A stretch of 63,327 nucleotides of DNA, filler included, from Stramenopiles sp. TOSAG23-6 (GCA_900128565.1; 45 parts of 45 records of this genome joined end to end with filler, not necessarily neighbours in it), one strand, 5' to 3'. Positions 1 through 12,671 are shown, numbered from the whole stretch's first letter. Numbers and translations: made by a program. The notes: generated by a model not told the origin, from the sequence alone.

Positions 1-82
1 TTTTGATTTTTTTTTGTTAGGTACAAAATTAACTACGAAAAAAATTTTACTAAAATAAAAAATTGGAAAAAAAAAAACGTAC

Positions 83-509
83 TTAATGACTCTAGGAAAC
101 TTTTGTCATTTTGAACTACGTAGCTTGATAATCGCCTATACGTCACAACACGAGACGTTTTGTATGATGCGTCTTCTTCGTTTGGTATCTCATTTGTAAA
201 AATTCTATCACTAAACGGTACAGAATGGTAACGCTTATTTTCACCACGCAGATTAATGGAGCCATCCTTGAAGCGTGCCATGACTGAGCCAGTTACAAAG
301 CCTCGTTTTTTCCTGCCTGCGATAATATCCAAGAGAGAGGATTTCCCAGCACCACTTTGACCCATTAGCGCAACCATGCTTCCTTTCGAACAGAATCCGG
401 AAACGTTATCCAAAAATTTATGTTTTGTATCACTTGATGTGTATGAGACATTTTCAAAAGAAACTCCAAAAAAATTTGTTACTTCTTCGTTGTGTAACGT
501 TGTCGACAT
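83..509 (-). CDS. ABCG-family ABC transporter, N-terminal NBD exon (3' partial)
   Basis: LDNVSG..KGSMVALMGQSGAGKSSLLDIIAGRK Walker A and SYVVQND Q-loop; ends at donor GTACGT at 82. Confidence 0.9.
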
Positions 510-1321
510 GATCAAGTTACTCAAACCTCAGTATAGAAACAGTTAAGAGTAGACACACTACAAGGATATACAAATTGTGGAGGCTAATATAAAAACATAA
601 TATAACCCATTATACGCGTAATTGGATGACAAAAGACATGACAAAAGTGACCAGTTGAATTGATGACGAAAATATATTTGAATATTTGATCAAATTGACT
701 TGAAATTGACTAATCAAATCAAATTAACCCTAACCCTAATTTTTATCAAGACAAAAAAATTTAAAAAAAATTAAAAAATGAAGTTTTCGGACATATTTAT
801 AAATCTGTAGCATTAAAATACAATTTTTTGTCTTTTGATATATAAACACTCTTCCATTCAACAACCTCATATTATTCTTGTTTAAGTAAATGCTTCTTGA
901 GTTTTTNNNNNNNNNNNNNNNNNNNNNNNNNNNNNNNNNNNNNNNNNNNNNNNNNNNNNNNNNNNNNNNNNNNNNNNNNNNNNNNNNNNNNNNNNNNNNN
1001 NNNNNNNNNNNNNNNNNNNNNNNNNNATGGTCAAAAGTCAAAAAAACCAAAAAAAAATAGAGTCTTGGTACACAATTGAGTCGAGTATAGAACTTACGAC
1101 AGATTTCGTGTCCTGATAGATCTCGTTATTTTTTTTGTTTTTTTGCTTGGTATTCAATTCACACTTATGTACATTTTTGATTTTGATGGACACTTAGCTG
1201 GTAATGTTCAGCAAATCAAACAATATTTCATGACGCAACAGCACCAATGTGGGTAGGTTCATCCTATATTTTGGAAAAATATTTCAAAATTTTTTTACCA
1301 AAAAAAAAAAAAAATTGTTAG

Positions 1322-1421
1322 NNNNNNNNNNNNNNNNNNNNNNNNNNNNNNNNNNNNNNNNNNNNTTAATTAATTAANNNNNNNNNNNNNNNNNNNNNNN
1401 NNNNNNNNNNNNNNNNNNNNN
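1322..1421. other. Artificial contig spacer N44-TTAATTAATTAA-N44 (first of 44 such spacers, roughly every 1.4 kb)
   Basis: An identical six-frame-stop 12-mer flanked by 44 Ns recurs throughout; contig lengths decrease steadily from 1321 to 1299 bp. Confidence 0.98.
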
Positions 1422-1573
1422 AAAAAAAAAAAAAAAAAAATTTTAAAAAAAAAATTTAAAATTTTGAAAATTTTTAAAATTTAAATTTTTTTTTTTTTTT
1501 TTTTTCGATTTTTTTTTTTTTTTTTTTTTTAAATTTAATTTTCAAAATATTTCAAAAATGTTTTGTACAATAT

Positions 1574-1967
1574 ATGTGTGGTGGAGATAGTCATGGTAAA
1601 ATTGTTGATGCTATTCGGAATGGTGGCTGTGGACATCAATTTTTATGGGATAGTTTAAAACCTGCAAATACGTTTTATATAGGTATTGATGGGAAGAGAA
1701 GAAGTGGATTTGTACGTTTATATTCTTATTTTTTTAAATATTTTTTTTATACGAAATTTTATACCTAACAATTTCAAAAAAAAAAAAAAAAAAATATTTT
1801 TTTATATTATATATATCAAAAGAATATCGTTTATTAGCTTTACGAGCAGCGCGTGGTGAAATTTTAACCGCAGATGAAAAAAGTGGTAACAAAGCGAAAA
1901 AAAAACCAAAACAATTATGGTTGAGTTCTCCAGGTGTTCGTTTGGTTATTGAAGGAAATCCTGAAGG
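1574..1967 (+). CDS. Fragment with CG.D.HG...GGCGHQFLW motif, possibly the C-terminus of an RBR/IBR E3 ligase (exons 1574-1711, 1813-1967)
   Basis: Cys/His motif; the two exons join in frame across a GT-AT intron; mirrored at 2196-2589 by a fold-back. Confidence 0.5.
1712..1812 (+). other. Non-canonical GT-AT intron
   Basis: GTACGT donor, ATACCTAAC branch motif, no AG in the intron; first downstream AG (1822) gives a stop; AT end is 15 nt after AAATAT. Confidence 0.75.
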
Positions 1968-1984
1968 ATACGTTTTCAAAATTG

Positions 1985-2019
<35 letters not shown>

Positions 2020-2143
2020 ATTTAAAAAAAAAAAAAAAAAAAAAATTTTAAAAAAAATTTTTTTTTTTTTTTTAAAAAAAATTTTTTTTAAAAAAAAAAA
2101 AAAAATTTTTTTTAAAATTTTTTTTTTTTTTTTTTTTTTAAAT

Positions 2144-2178
<35 letters not shown>

Positions 2179-3235
2179 CAATTTTGAAAACGTATCCTTC
2201 AGGATTTCCTTCAATAACCAAACGAACACCTGGAGAACTCAACCATAATTGTTTTGGTTTTTTTTTCGCTTTGTTACCACTTTTTTCATCTGCGGTTAAA
2301 ATTTCACCACGCGCTGCTCGTAAAGCTAATAAACGATATTCTTTTGATATATATAATATAAAAAAATATTTTTTTTTTTTTTTTTTTGAAATTGTTAGGT
2401 ATAAAATTTCGTATAAAAAAAATATTTAAAAAAATAAGAATATAAACGTACAAATCCACTTCTTCTCTTCCCATCAATACCTATATAAAACGTATTTGCA
2501 GGTTTTAAACTATCCCATAAAAATTGATGTCCACAGCCACCATTCCGAATAGCATCAACAATTTTACCATGACTATCTCCACCACACATATATTGTACAA
2601 AACATTTTTGAAATATTTTGAAAATTAAATTTAAAAAAAAAAAAAAAAAAAAAATCGAAAAAAAAAAAAAAAAAAAATTTAAATTTTAAAAATTTTCAAA
2701 ATTTTAAATTTTTTTTTTAAAATTTTTTTTTTTTTTTTTTTNNNNNNNNNNNNNNNNNNNNNNNNNNNNNNNNNNNNNNNNNNNNTTAATTAATTAANNN
2801 NNNNNNNNNNNNNNNNNNNNNNNNNNNNNNNNNNNNNNNNNTATGAAACAAAAATCGAAATTGAAAAAAAAAAACACATATCATTATTAATTTATTTATT
2901 GTAGATGATGGAAAGAACACTTCTCTAAAGATTCTTAGATAAATGATCAAAATATTTTAGATGATGGAATCAAAATTTTTCGACGGAGAAATATTTCTAA
3001 TGCTCATTGAAGTGAATAAATTCTTGACTAAATTCTGCTCATAAAAGATCCATTTCCAATAAATGGTGCAGGAAATGGACTATTCATAGGTTTCATTTTT
3101 CGATTGTGTGTTTGAGGATGTTGATGAGCTCGATCGTGATTCTGTATTGCTTTACTTACTCTTGGAGGATGCAAAGCTCCACAAGGAGCAAACCCAGTAC
3201 GTGGATATTTTTTGTATAATTCACGTAATTTTCGA

Positions 3236-4161
3236 TCAAATATCTTTAGATAGCCTACCTGTAGATAACTTACTACGAGTTGTATCAAATCCTGAACGAG
3301 CACTCATTTGAATTCCAGTGTCTAAATATATAGGATTTCTACGAGCATGAAAAATACCAATATCAAAGTCAATTTGTAAATGCCTACCACAGCGATATTG
3401 CTTTCGAATTTCCCCAAAAATGTCAATTATAGCATATAATACTTTATCAACATCATATTTGTCATATCGATGACGTTTTCCTTTCCTATCTTTCCTATCT
3501 TTACGTCGTCGATGTTTTCCGTTATTTTTATGTACACTCACCGATGATGATGCATCTGTATTGACTATGTCATCCACCTTAATTCCGCTTCGTCTTGCGA
3601 TTGCTCTGGCAATTTTTTTATTAAATTTATCAAGTTTTGCAGCATTAGGTGGTGCAAAACCTTGCCGAAATCCAGTGTCCATTATAAATACTGGTCTAAA
3701 AATACGAACATCGCCTGGATCGATCTCCTTGAATTTTTGAGTTTTGCTCTTTTTATTGTTTCTTTCAAGATTATTGTTATTTTTCTTATGTCTACGTCTA
3801 CGACGTCTACTTCGATGAGTTGTACTACCTATAGTAGATCCACTAGACGGCAACGGTTTTGGAACTGGAACATCTGTAAGTGTGATTGATTTATAGTATT
3901 TACTACCAGGAACTACTTTTTTCCACACCATTTCTCCAAAGAAAGGAACTTTTATATTTTTTCGTTTTTCTAAATGAAAAAGCAACCATTGATTCAGAGA
4001 ATCCCATGTCTTGTTAATAATTTCTTTCTTCCTTTCTCGACCAGTACCGAATGGCTTTCCTTTATTATTTCGTTTGCGACATAAATCAAACGTCAACTGA
4101 CCATATTCATTATTTAATACATCTCTTAAAAGATCTTTTAATCTATAAGGCAATTTGTCAG
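3236..4161 (-). CDS. CCDC81-like protein (HU-CCDC81 domains), partial
   Basis: W..L..WL...LEKRKNIKVPFFGE...RPVFIM and IFGEIRKQ..CGRHLQIDFDIG resemble the two CCDC81 HU-like domains. Confidence 0.6.
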
Positions 4162-4350
4162 NNNNNNNNNNNNNNNNNNNNNNNNNNNNNNNNNNNNNNN
4201 NNNNNTTAATTAATTAANNNNNNNNNNNNNNNNNNNNNNNNNNNNNNNNNNNNNNNNNNNNTTAATTTGAAATTTTTTTTTTTTTTATAGTAAATTTTGT
4301 ACCTAACGATTTTTTTTAGATTTTTTTTGAAATATTTTTTTAAAATACAG

Positions 4351-5481
4351 GGAACATTACTGATTCAGTTTTTTTTCGTGAGACATTTGAAAATTCTCGA
4401 CATTCTGAACATTCAAACCAAAGAAATAATGGGGAACATTTTGAACAAGTTGAAAGAGATGATTGTTGTGGTTGTCTCATTTCAAATTATGTATGTTTTA
4501 TGTGGTTGAAATATTATTTTTTCCAAAAAAAATTTCCAAAAAAAATTCCAAAATTTTTTAACAAAGATTTCAAAAAAAAATTCCAAAATTTTTTAACAAA
4601 GATTAAATGTTGAAATTTCATCATACTACATTATAGAATGGTCATGCTAGTGCAGTGTTTGATGTTGATTTTTGTTCAAGTGGACAATATAAAGGCCATT
4701 TTTTTGCTACTGCATCTCTGGACAGAACTGCTCGGTTATGGTCAACACTTAGAAAACGTGCATTTCGTGTTTTTATAGGTCACACTAGCGATGTTAGTTC
4801 CATATCATTTCATCCAAATGGAACATCAATTGTTACAGGTTCAAGTGATAAAACAATCAAAATGTGGGATATTCGATGTGCTGAGGAAATTACAACTATT
4901 TCAGGTTTTACTTCTGAAGTTGATGTAATTGCAATTTCTCCTAATGGGAATCAAATCGCATCTTCAGGACATGGTTATAATTGTAAAATTTGGGATGTTC
5001 GAAATGTTCATCATTCTATATGTACGTTTTTATTTTTTTTTTTCTTTGGATACAAAACATACAAAATTTCATACCTAACCATTTAAAAAAAAAATCCTAA
5101 TTTTTTTTTTATTCCTAAAAAAATTAAAAAAAAAAAATTTTAAATTTTTTAAAAATCCTAAAAAAAATCCTAATTTTTTTTCTTTTTCCAAATTATTTCT
5201 TGACAATACAGTATGCAAAGGACATTCGGCAAAAATAAATTCTTTATGTTTTAGTCAAGACGCTGAAATTCTTGCTTCGGGGTCTCAAGATTGTACGTTT
5301 TCAGAATGAATTTAAAATTGTTTTTTTTTTCGTACGAAATTTTGTACCTAACAAATTTCGAATTTAATTTTCGGATTTGGTCTTGTAAAAGCCCTAACCC
5401 TAATAACACGTCTTTTGAATATAAAAGACAAATCTTTCAAAAACCAATTAATTCATGGAGAACAAAATATACTCCAGTCAT
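4351..5481 (+). CDS. TAF5-like WD40 protein, C-terminal part (exons 4351-4490, 4637-5021, 5212-5292, 5364-5481)
   Basis: FATASLDRTARLWS..RVFIGH.SDV..FHPNG..TGSSDKT..MWD and terminal TKYTPV match TAF5. Confidence 0.75.
5293..5363 (+). other. Non-canonical GT-AT intron
   Basis: Restores WD motif ASGSQDFNFRIWS; no AG between the branch motif (5328-5352) and the RIW codons. Confidence 0.7.
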
Positions 5482-5842
5482 GTACGTTTTCATCATGATT
5501 TTTTTTTTTTTCAATTTTTTATACATAATTTTTTTTTCGTACGAAATTTTGTACCTAACAATTTTTTTTTTTTTTTTTTTTNNNNNNNNNNNNNNNNNNN
5601 NNNNNNNNNNNNNNNNNNNNNNNNNTTAATTAATTAANNNNNNNNNNNNNNNNNNNNNNNNNNNNNNNNNNNNNNNNNNNNATGTATTTTGGAAAAATAT
5701 TTCAAAAAAAAAACTTAAATTTGTTAGGTACAAAATGTACTATAAAAAAAAAAATTCGATTTTTTTGTAAAAAAAAAAACTTAAATTTGTTAGGTACAAA
5801 ATTTCGTACGAAAAAAAAATTAAAAAAACAACTAAAACATAC

Positions 5843-5965
5843 ATAAAGACGACCTAAAAGAGACGCACAAACCATACCAATTCGACCGTGACCATGATGG
5901 GAATATTCGCCGTAGAGTGATATTTTTGAAAACTTTGAAAAATTAGAAGGTAAACATTTTTTATA

Positions 5966-6043
<78 letters not shown>

Positions 6044-6631
6044 GCATTGAAAAAACGTACAAATGTAAATCTTATTCTTTTTTACACTAAGCAATTTCTC
6101 AATTTGACAAAGAAAATTTCGAAATTTTGTTTCATCAGGACATTTGCCACGTGGCATAGGAAATCGTATATACACCAAATTATTTTTTTTTGGTAGTATA
6201 TTTAGTAGTTCTTTGGCTCTTTCATGTTTTGTGAAAAATATATAATTTTTTTTTCTTATATTGTTAGGTACAAAATTTCGTATAAAAAAAAAAAAAAAAA
6301 AAAAAAAANNNNNNNNNNNNNNNNNNNNNNNNNNNNNNNNNNNNNNNNNNNNNNNNNNNNNNNNNNNNNNNNNNNNNNNNNNNNNNNNNNNNNNNNNNNN
6401 NNNNNNNNNNNNNNNNNNNNNNNNNNNNNNNNNNNNNNNNNNNNNNNNNNNNNNNNNNNNNNNNNNNNNNNNNNNNNNNNNNNNNNNNNNNNNNNNNNNN
6501 NNNNNNNNNNNNNNNNAAAAAAAAAAAATTTCATATTTTTGTAAAAAAAAAAAATAAAACATACATCTTGCCATTTTTTGTTCTTCTGTTAGACTTTGAA
6601 CATTTGTAACGGCTATTTTTGCGCGTTCCAT
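5843..6631 (-). CDS. PTP/DSP-fold protein fragment lacking the catalytic Cys (IYIYSHHGHGRIG)
   Basis: YIRFPMP..KCPD..F and IYI-x-S-x2-GHGR-IG..ASLLGRLY resemble the HCxxGxGR P-loop; region spans an N gap. Confidence 0.6.
5905..6060 (-). other. Non-canonical GT-AT intron
   Basis: T|AT junction rebuilds the P-loop spacing; the AG alternative gives TAA; end is 15 nt after AAATAT. Confidence 0.75.
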
Positions 6632-8519
6632 ATAATGTAGAAAAATATTTCAATTTAAAAAAAAAATTTAAAATTTTTTTGTTAGGTACAAAATTTCGTA
6701 TTAAAAAAAAAAAAAAAAAAAACCTTATTAATTAAAANNNNNNNNNNNNNNNNNNNNNNNNNNNNNNNNNNNNNNNNNNAAAAAAAAAAAATTTCATATT
6801 TTTGTAAAAAAAAAAAATAAAACATACATCTTGCCATTTTTTGTTCTTCTGTTAGACTTTGAACATTTGTAACGGCTATTTTTGCGCGTTCCATATAATG
6901 TAGAAAAATATTTCAATTTAAAAAAAAAATTTAAAATTTTTTTGTTAGGTACAAAATTTCGTATTAAAAAAAAAAAAAAAAAAAACCTTATTAATTAAAA
7001 NNNNNNNNNNNNNNNNNNNNNNNNNNNNNNNNNNNNNNNNNNNNTTAATTAATTAANNNNNNNNNNNNNNNNNNNNNNNNNNNNNNNNNNNNNNNNNNNN
7101 AGTCTATACAGCAATCTAATCTCTAAAGTCTTACAAAAAGGTACGTTGTTCATTATTCACAATATTTCTAAACCACAATCAATAATCTATAACATATAAG
7201 CAAAAAATACAATACAAGTAAAACTAGCTTCAAAAGAGAAAAACGATACCGTAGAAAACGAATTATAAACGATTTATAAAAGTAACGTTACACAATCGAT
7301 AGACATGACCCAGAGGATGGAAAGAATATAGACGGAGAAGAAATTAAAAATCGTTTTAAAATATGATAATGCTGTGTATAACAATGAAATATCATATAGA
7401 GNCACCACAATGTTTCAACCCGTCGGTACAATAAAGCTCGACCTTGGAATCACTACAGTGAAACTATACTTCACTAGACCTCGACTTCATCTGGTCGGTC
7501 GACTGAAAGCCGACGTTGGATTTCAACTAGTTTTTACAGGGAAACTTGATATTGGAATACTGGTTAGACCACATGTCACTAAACAGTATTAATGAGAGAA
7601 CAAAATGAAACGAAGAAAAACTTGTACAAAAAGATGATCCTGTAGCGGGCATTTTCGAGGCATTTATTTTGACTCTTGTGTCAGTGGAGACTTACAATCA
7701 ACAGAATGAGTGATTTCATCACTTCATACAACATTCAGTTTGAATTTCAATGTGTCTGTAAATGATTAACTGGGACACTAAGCTAAAGGTATTACAACGT
7801 AGCCTGTCCTTCCAATATGTGATACCTCAGTCCACGTCAATTTTTGAATTCGTGTTTCTATAATATCCAACAAACCGTCCAGGAACGGAACCGATTATTT
7901 ATAACTTTTGGTTTGGTTTTTATTTGGTTTTTATTTGGTTTTTATTTGGTTTGGTACAAAAATTCTATATATAAAGATAGACAAGAAGAGTGTATTTCCA
8001 AAAGCAGGTTTGCTCTAAAAAATATAAATGCATTATTACATTTATCCACAGAATATCCTTTTGTGACATACCTATCTAAATGAGGTTGGTGTACTGTGCC
8101 AAGATAATATAGACATGCTATGTCATACATGGATATTCTCTGGAACAGTGTAATAATGCATTTATATTTTTATGAGATTTTGTGATTCTTGTGTCATTTC
8201 GTCGATAGCCTTTTTGGCCGTGCGTGATGCATAAAATGCCATGTAGTCCTTTAGGTACGAAATTTGATACAAAACAAAACTGACACTAACTTTCACTCTG
8301 TAGGTGCATCATAATGATCCAAATCACAATTTGCGTATATATCTATGCTCATTGATGTCTTTCTTCAAGTGTATCAAGTCCATGATGAAAATGAAGAAGT
8401 CATTCGAAGTTTGTTTGANNNNNNNNNNNNNNNNNNNNNNNNNNNNNNNNNNNNNNNNNNNNTTAATTAATTAANNNNNNNNNNNNNNNNNNNNNNNNNN
8501 NNNNNNNNNNNNNNNNNNA

Positions 8520-8550
<31 letters not shown>

Positions 8551-8626
8551 TAGTGTACAATGAAAAAAAAATCGTTAGGTACAAAATTTCGTACGAAAAA
8601 AAAATAGTGTACAATAAAAAACGGAC

Positions 8627-9700
8627 CTGTCATTAAACTCAATGGTTTATCAAAACTAACAAATCCATTCCCCAACAATGGACTACTAGGGTTAGGGTAA
8701 CCATCAAAAGTGGTTAATATGTTTCTTGACGATTGTTCTACAGTTTCATTATTTGTATTATTTAGAATTGTCTTTTTATTTTGTTTCATATTTCGTGTTT
8801 TTTCTAATTTCCGTTTTTGATAATTTTTGAAATATTTCTGTAATAATTTTGCTGCTTTTAAGTGAACCTTCAATCGCTCCTGTAATGTAAAAATTTTGTT
8901 GTTGTTGTTTATGATGAGTTAGTTGAGGATGTATACCTTTTTTTTTTTTTTTTTTTTTTTTATTTTAAATTTTTTTTTTTTTTTTTTTTTTTTAGGTCAA
9001 AAATTTCGTATTAAAAAAAAAAAAAAATTTTTTTTCGAAATTTTTTTTTAAAAAAAAAAAAAAAAAATATTTAGGTACAAAATTTCGTATTAAAAAAAAA
9101 AGTACATTGCTACTCGTAAATGTTCTTTAAGAGACATATATTTGCGTCTCCAAATAAATTCTAAAAAAAGTTGACCGGGTAACGGATCAGTACAAGTATG
9201 ATTTTGATGTTTTTCATAATTTTCTTTTTCTTTGTGTTTTTCATAATTTTCATAATTTTCTTTTTTTTTGTGTATTTCGTGTTTTTGTGATAAATCTAAC
9301 CAAGAACTCATTAAAACCGAATTATTAGAATGACCAGATATTGAATTTTTTTTCATTTTATCTAATAAAAATGACCAAGGAATTGAAACGGTACCTACTT
9401 TAATGGTAAAAAAATATATTTGATTTTTTTTTTGTTAGGTATATAATTAACTATGAAAAAAAAATTAAAAAAAAAAATTAAAAAAAAAAAAAATTTCTTA
9501 GGTACAAAATTTCGTATGAAAAAAAAATTAAAAAAAAAAATTTAAAAAAAAAAAAATCTTAGGTACAAAATTTCGTATGAAAAAAAAAATATCATCATAA
9601 AACATTAATCCATTGTAAACGTACATAATTCAGGTAATAAATCTTCGTGGAATCCTTTATTCCAACGATATATATTGTGAAACATATTTGTTGTATTCAA
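8627..9700 (-). CDS. Multi-exon hypothetical protein with IQ-like motifs
   Basis: KAAKLLQKYFKNY IQ-like segment; several intron motifs; junctions uncertain. Confidence 0.4.
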
Positions 9701-9736
9701 AAGATTTAGTTAGGTACAAAAAATTGTATGAATTTT

Positions 9737-9776
<40 letters not shown>

Positions 9777-10177
9777 GTTTAGGTAAAAAATTTCGTACGA
9801 AACCAAAAAAAAAAAAAAAAATCGAAATTGAAAAAANNNNNNNNNNNNNNNNNNNNNNNNNNNNNNNNNNNNNNNNNNNNTTAATTAATTAANNNNNNNN
9901 NNNNNNNNNNNNNNNNNNNNNNNNNNNNNNNNNNNNAGCTGGCATGATTTTTACAAAACCTCTGTAAAAATATCATTCATTTAGGAATTTAATGTGTACT
10001 AAATTAGTTTCACAAAACGTATTTTCTACACATATAAAAAAAAAATATTGTTTATATTTAATCTTGAATGATAATAAAAATGTTTTTTGTAAATATATCG
10101 TAAAATATAATCTAGTTTACATTCCAGTATTCAAATATCGTGTTTTATTAGAATTCAGATCCACAAATAAATTATGA

Positions 10178-11067
10178 TTATTTTTTTTTCCTTAGAATAC
10201 AAAGAAAGTCTCTATTGTAATATAAATTGGTTTCGTCTTTTGGGGTTTCTTGGACTATTTCTAAATCTGCTTTATTAGCCAGATGTCGTATAATATCAGG
10301 CGAAATAAAGTAAAAGCCTCCAACAGTAAAACGTTTTTGATTTGAAAACCTATTCCAACCGAGAGTAGAACAAATGTTTGCAGTCGATATAAAAGCAACA
10401 CCCGTATCAGACAACATTGAATGTATGTATTGTAAGTATTGCCATATGGTATGTACATCAACATGAACAAAAACGTCAAATGCATAAATAAAATCAAAAG
10501 ATTCGCGAAACTTTTCAAATGACTTTGCACTATAATCTTCCTTCAAATGACAAAAACTAATATGAGTTCCTTTTATCTCAGTATCAAGTCCTCTCAATGA
10601 CAAAGCTTTACGCGCACGTTTCAACATTTCCAGAGACATGTCAAATAACTGAAGACTCTTTGGCCTATAGCCATACGCCCACCACCACTTCCAATTTCGG
10701 CAACGCGAGTGTTTTCGTCGATATAGGGTTTTATAAAATCGCTGATTACTGTATCTAAAGCTGCACGGTCAGACCATTCCTCGCCAATAACTGGACTACT
10801 ACTCAAAGGGCTGCAACTTTCGCTGACATTTTTTATCATATTTTGTACCCAAGGCGCCTCCAAATTCCACTCTTTTGCATAAAGATCCCATAACTTTCGA
10901 TTGGTCAAGACATTTCCTGGGTCAACGTTAACTACTGCTCCACCGAGTTTTTTTAACATTTGCAAAACAAGAGGGGACGCATCACTGCGCGATACTTTAT
11001 CTAGGTGCTTATGAAAATCTTCGATAGGCTCATCAGACATATTAGAATGAGGGCGCACATCATCCAT
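10178..11067 (-). CDS. Class I SAM-dependent methyltransferase with a frameshift near 10665
   Basis: VAEIGSGGGR motif I, FDMSLEML motif II in a shifted frame, FDFIYAFDVFVH. Confidence 0.8.
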
Positions 11068-11759
11068 GATGTATATAACTTCTTCGAATCAAATATTTTC
11101 GTGACCTCAAGAATATAATAATTTAATAAACAGATAGTACTGTAGTAGTATTGTCGCTACTATGGTAAATTATCACTTTATCAAGTGTTTAGTGATGCTA
11201 AAGGTAATGCAACCGGGAAACTGCAATATTTGGCCAATATTTGTGAATTTGTGANNNNNNNNNNNNNNNNNNNNNNNNNNNNNNNNNNNNNNNNNNNNTT
11301 AATTAATTAANNNNNNNNNNNNNNNNNNNNNNNNNNNNNNNNNNNNNNNNNNNNAAAACTATATAAAGCAGTGAAACTAAAACTATATAAAGCAGTGAAA
11401 CTAAAACTACGCGTATAAGAAATTTCTCTATTTATGGTGCATTCATACGACACTGTTGCTAAAACCTCTTTGATTCAATATTTTAGAACCAATCTACTCA
11501 AATCACAAAATATACCTAGAAGAATGGTAATGTTTTATATATTTTGGCTCTATGGCTATTTTGGGGGTACTCTCTACACAGTATACAGCTAGGAACTAGC
11601 TTGAAACAATAAGACGGATGTTTCTGTCATGACTTGATTGATAAAGACCGCGTGAGTCCGTGACACGTGTCACAAAAAAGTCAGCAAAAAAATAAAAGAA
11701 ATTCCAAAAGTTACACACAAAGTCAAAGTGGGTACGTATATAAATAATTAGACAAGAAA

Positions 11760-12671
11760 ATGTCTGTATTTGGGACACAATGCTTTATTAATCCTATACG
11801 AAAACAAATGCATTCTAATAAAAAACCATGGCTGGCATTTCAGCGTATATTTCGTCGATTTCAGAGTACATCACCGTTAAAGTTACAAGTAAGACATACA
11901 AGGAACAAAACTGAGAAAAATGCAATAAACAAACATTTTTTTAAAGTAGCTCTAGTAGGACGTCCTAACGTTGGGAAATCAACTCTATATAACCGTCTAG
12001 TTGGTGGTAGACCAGCGATTTGTCACCGAGAACCAGGTACGACTCGAGACCGGCAAGAAGGAACTGCTTGGCTTGCAGGTCTTCAATTTACAGTCGTAGA
12101 CACAGGAGGACTCGAAGAAGGTGGTGAGGAAACCATGGAAGGCAAAATTACTCGGGCAACTGAGTTAGCTATTGAAGAATGCGATGTCGCCATTTTAATG
12201 CTTGATGCTCGTGCTGGTGTAACTTCATTAGATGAACATTTTGTTCGATGGATTCGTAAACGATCGGATAAAACGCCAATGCATATGGTCCTAAATAAAA
12301 CTGAAGGTTTTTTCGATCGGGTACAAGAATATGAAGACGGTTGGATCGAACCTGAAGATTCTCGTTGGTTACAACTGAATTCTGATATTCAACGTCTTGG
12401 ATTCTCTAATCCAGTGGCTATATCTGCAGAGCATGGTACTGGAATGGTGGATTTGTGGCATTTATTATACCCTCATTCTAAAATTACGTCTGAAATGGTG
12501 AAAAGTGATGAAAAGTTTGATTTATCCTCTTCAAGTATTGAAATCAGTAATAATTTGAATAATTTAAATATGAATGTAACACTTAACGATCAAGATGACG
12601 AATTACACGATGACTACAATTTTGAGGAATTTGAATCTCAAAATAAAAACAATGCCAATTTTGAGGAATTT
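11760..12671 (+). CDS. der: EngA/Der ribosome-biogenesis GTPase with N-terminal presequence-like extension (3' partial), copy 1
   Basis: VALVGRPNVGKSTLYNRL, PGTTRDR, DTGGL, NKTE and ISAEHG; basic N-terminus suggests mitochondrial targeting. Confidence 0.92.

Larger units (their letters stand above)
1422..2741. repeat. Whole-contig inverted repeat centred near 2081 (probable MDA fold-back chimera)
   Basis: The second half is the reverse complement of the first; the ORF track is mirrored. Confidence 0.9.

Noticed and set aside
1366-1377. TTAATTAATTAA repeated every ~1.4 kb, resembling a regularly spaced element or nanochromosome ends
   Set aside because: Always embedded in 44+44 Ns; it is an artificial six-frame-stop linker between length-sorted contigs.
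1422-2741. 1.3-kb perfect palindrome
   Set aside because: It folds back inside a poly-A/T intron and truncates a gene, typical of an MDA or assembly chimera.
6223-6564. Possible GT-AC introns (here and after donor 17535)
   Set aside because: The first spans an N gap that may hide an exon and the second lacks a conserved protein anchor, so neither can be called.
7101-8418. Contig with short ORFs, a possible transposon remnant
   Set aside because: No recognisable transposase motif or terminal repeats.
10621-10680. Programmed frameshifting or RNA editing at frame breaks (also near 24500, 53890, 54303)
   Set aside because: No shared slippery motif; one break is a 1-nt loss in a T-run and others are multi-codon deletions, so assembly error is more likely.
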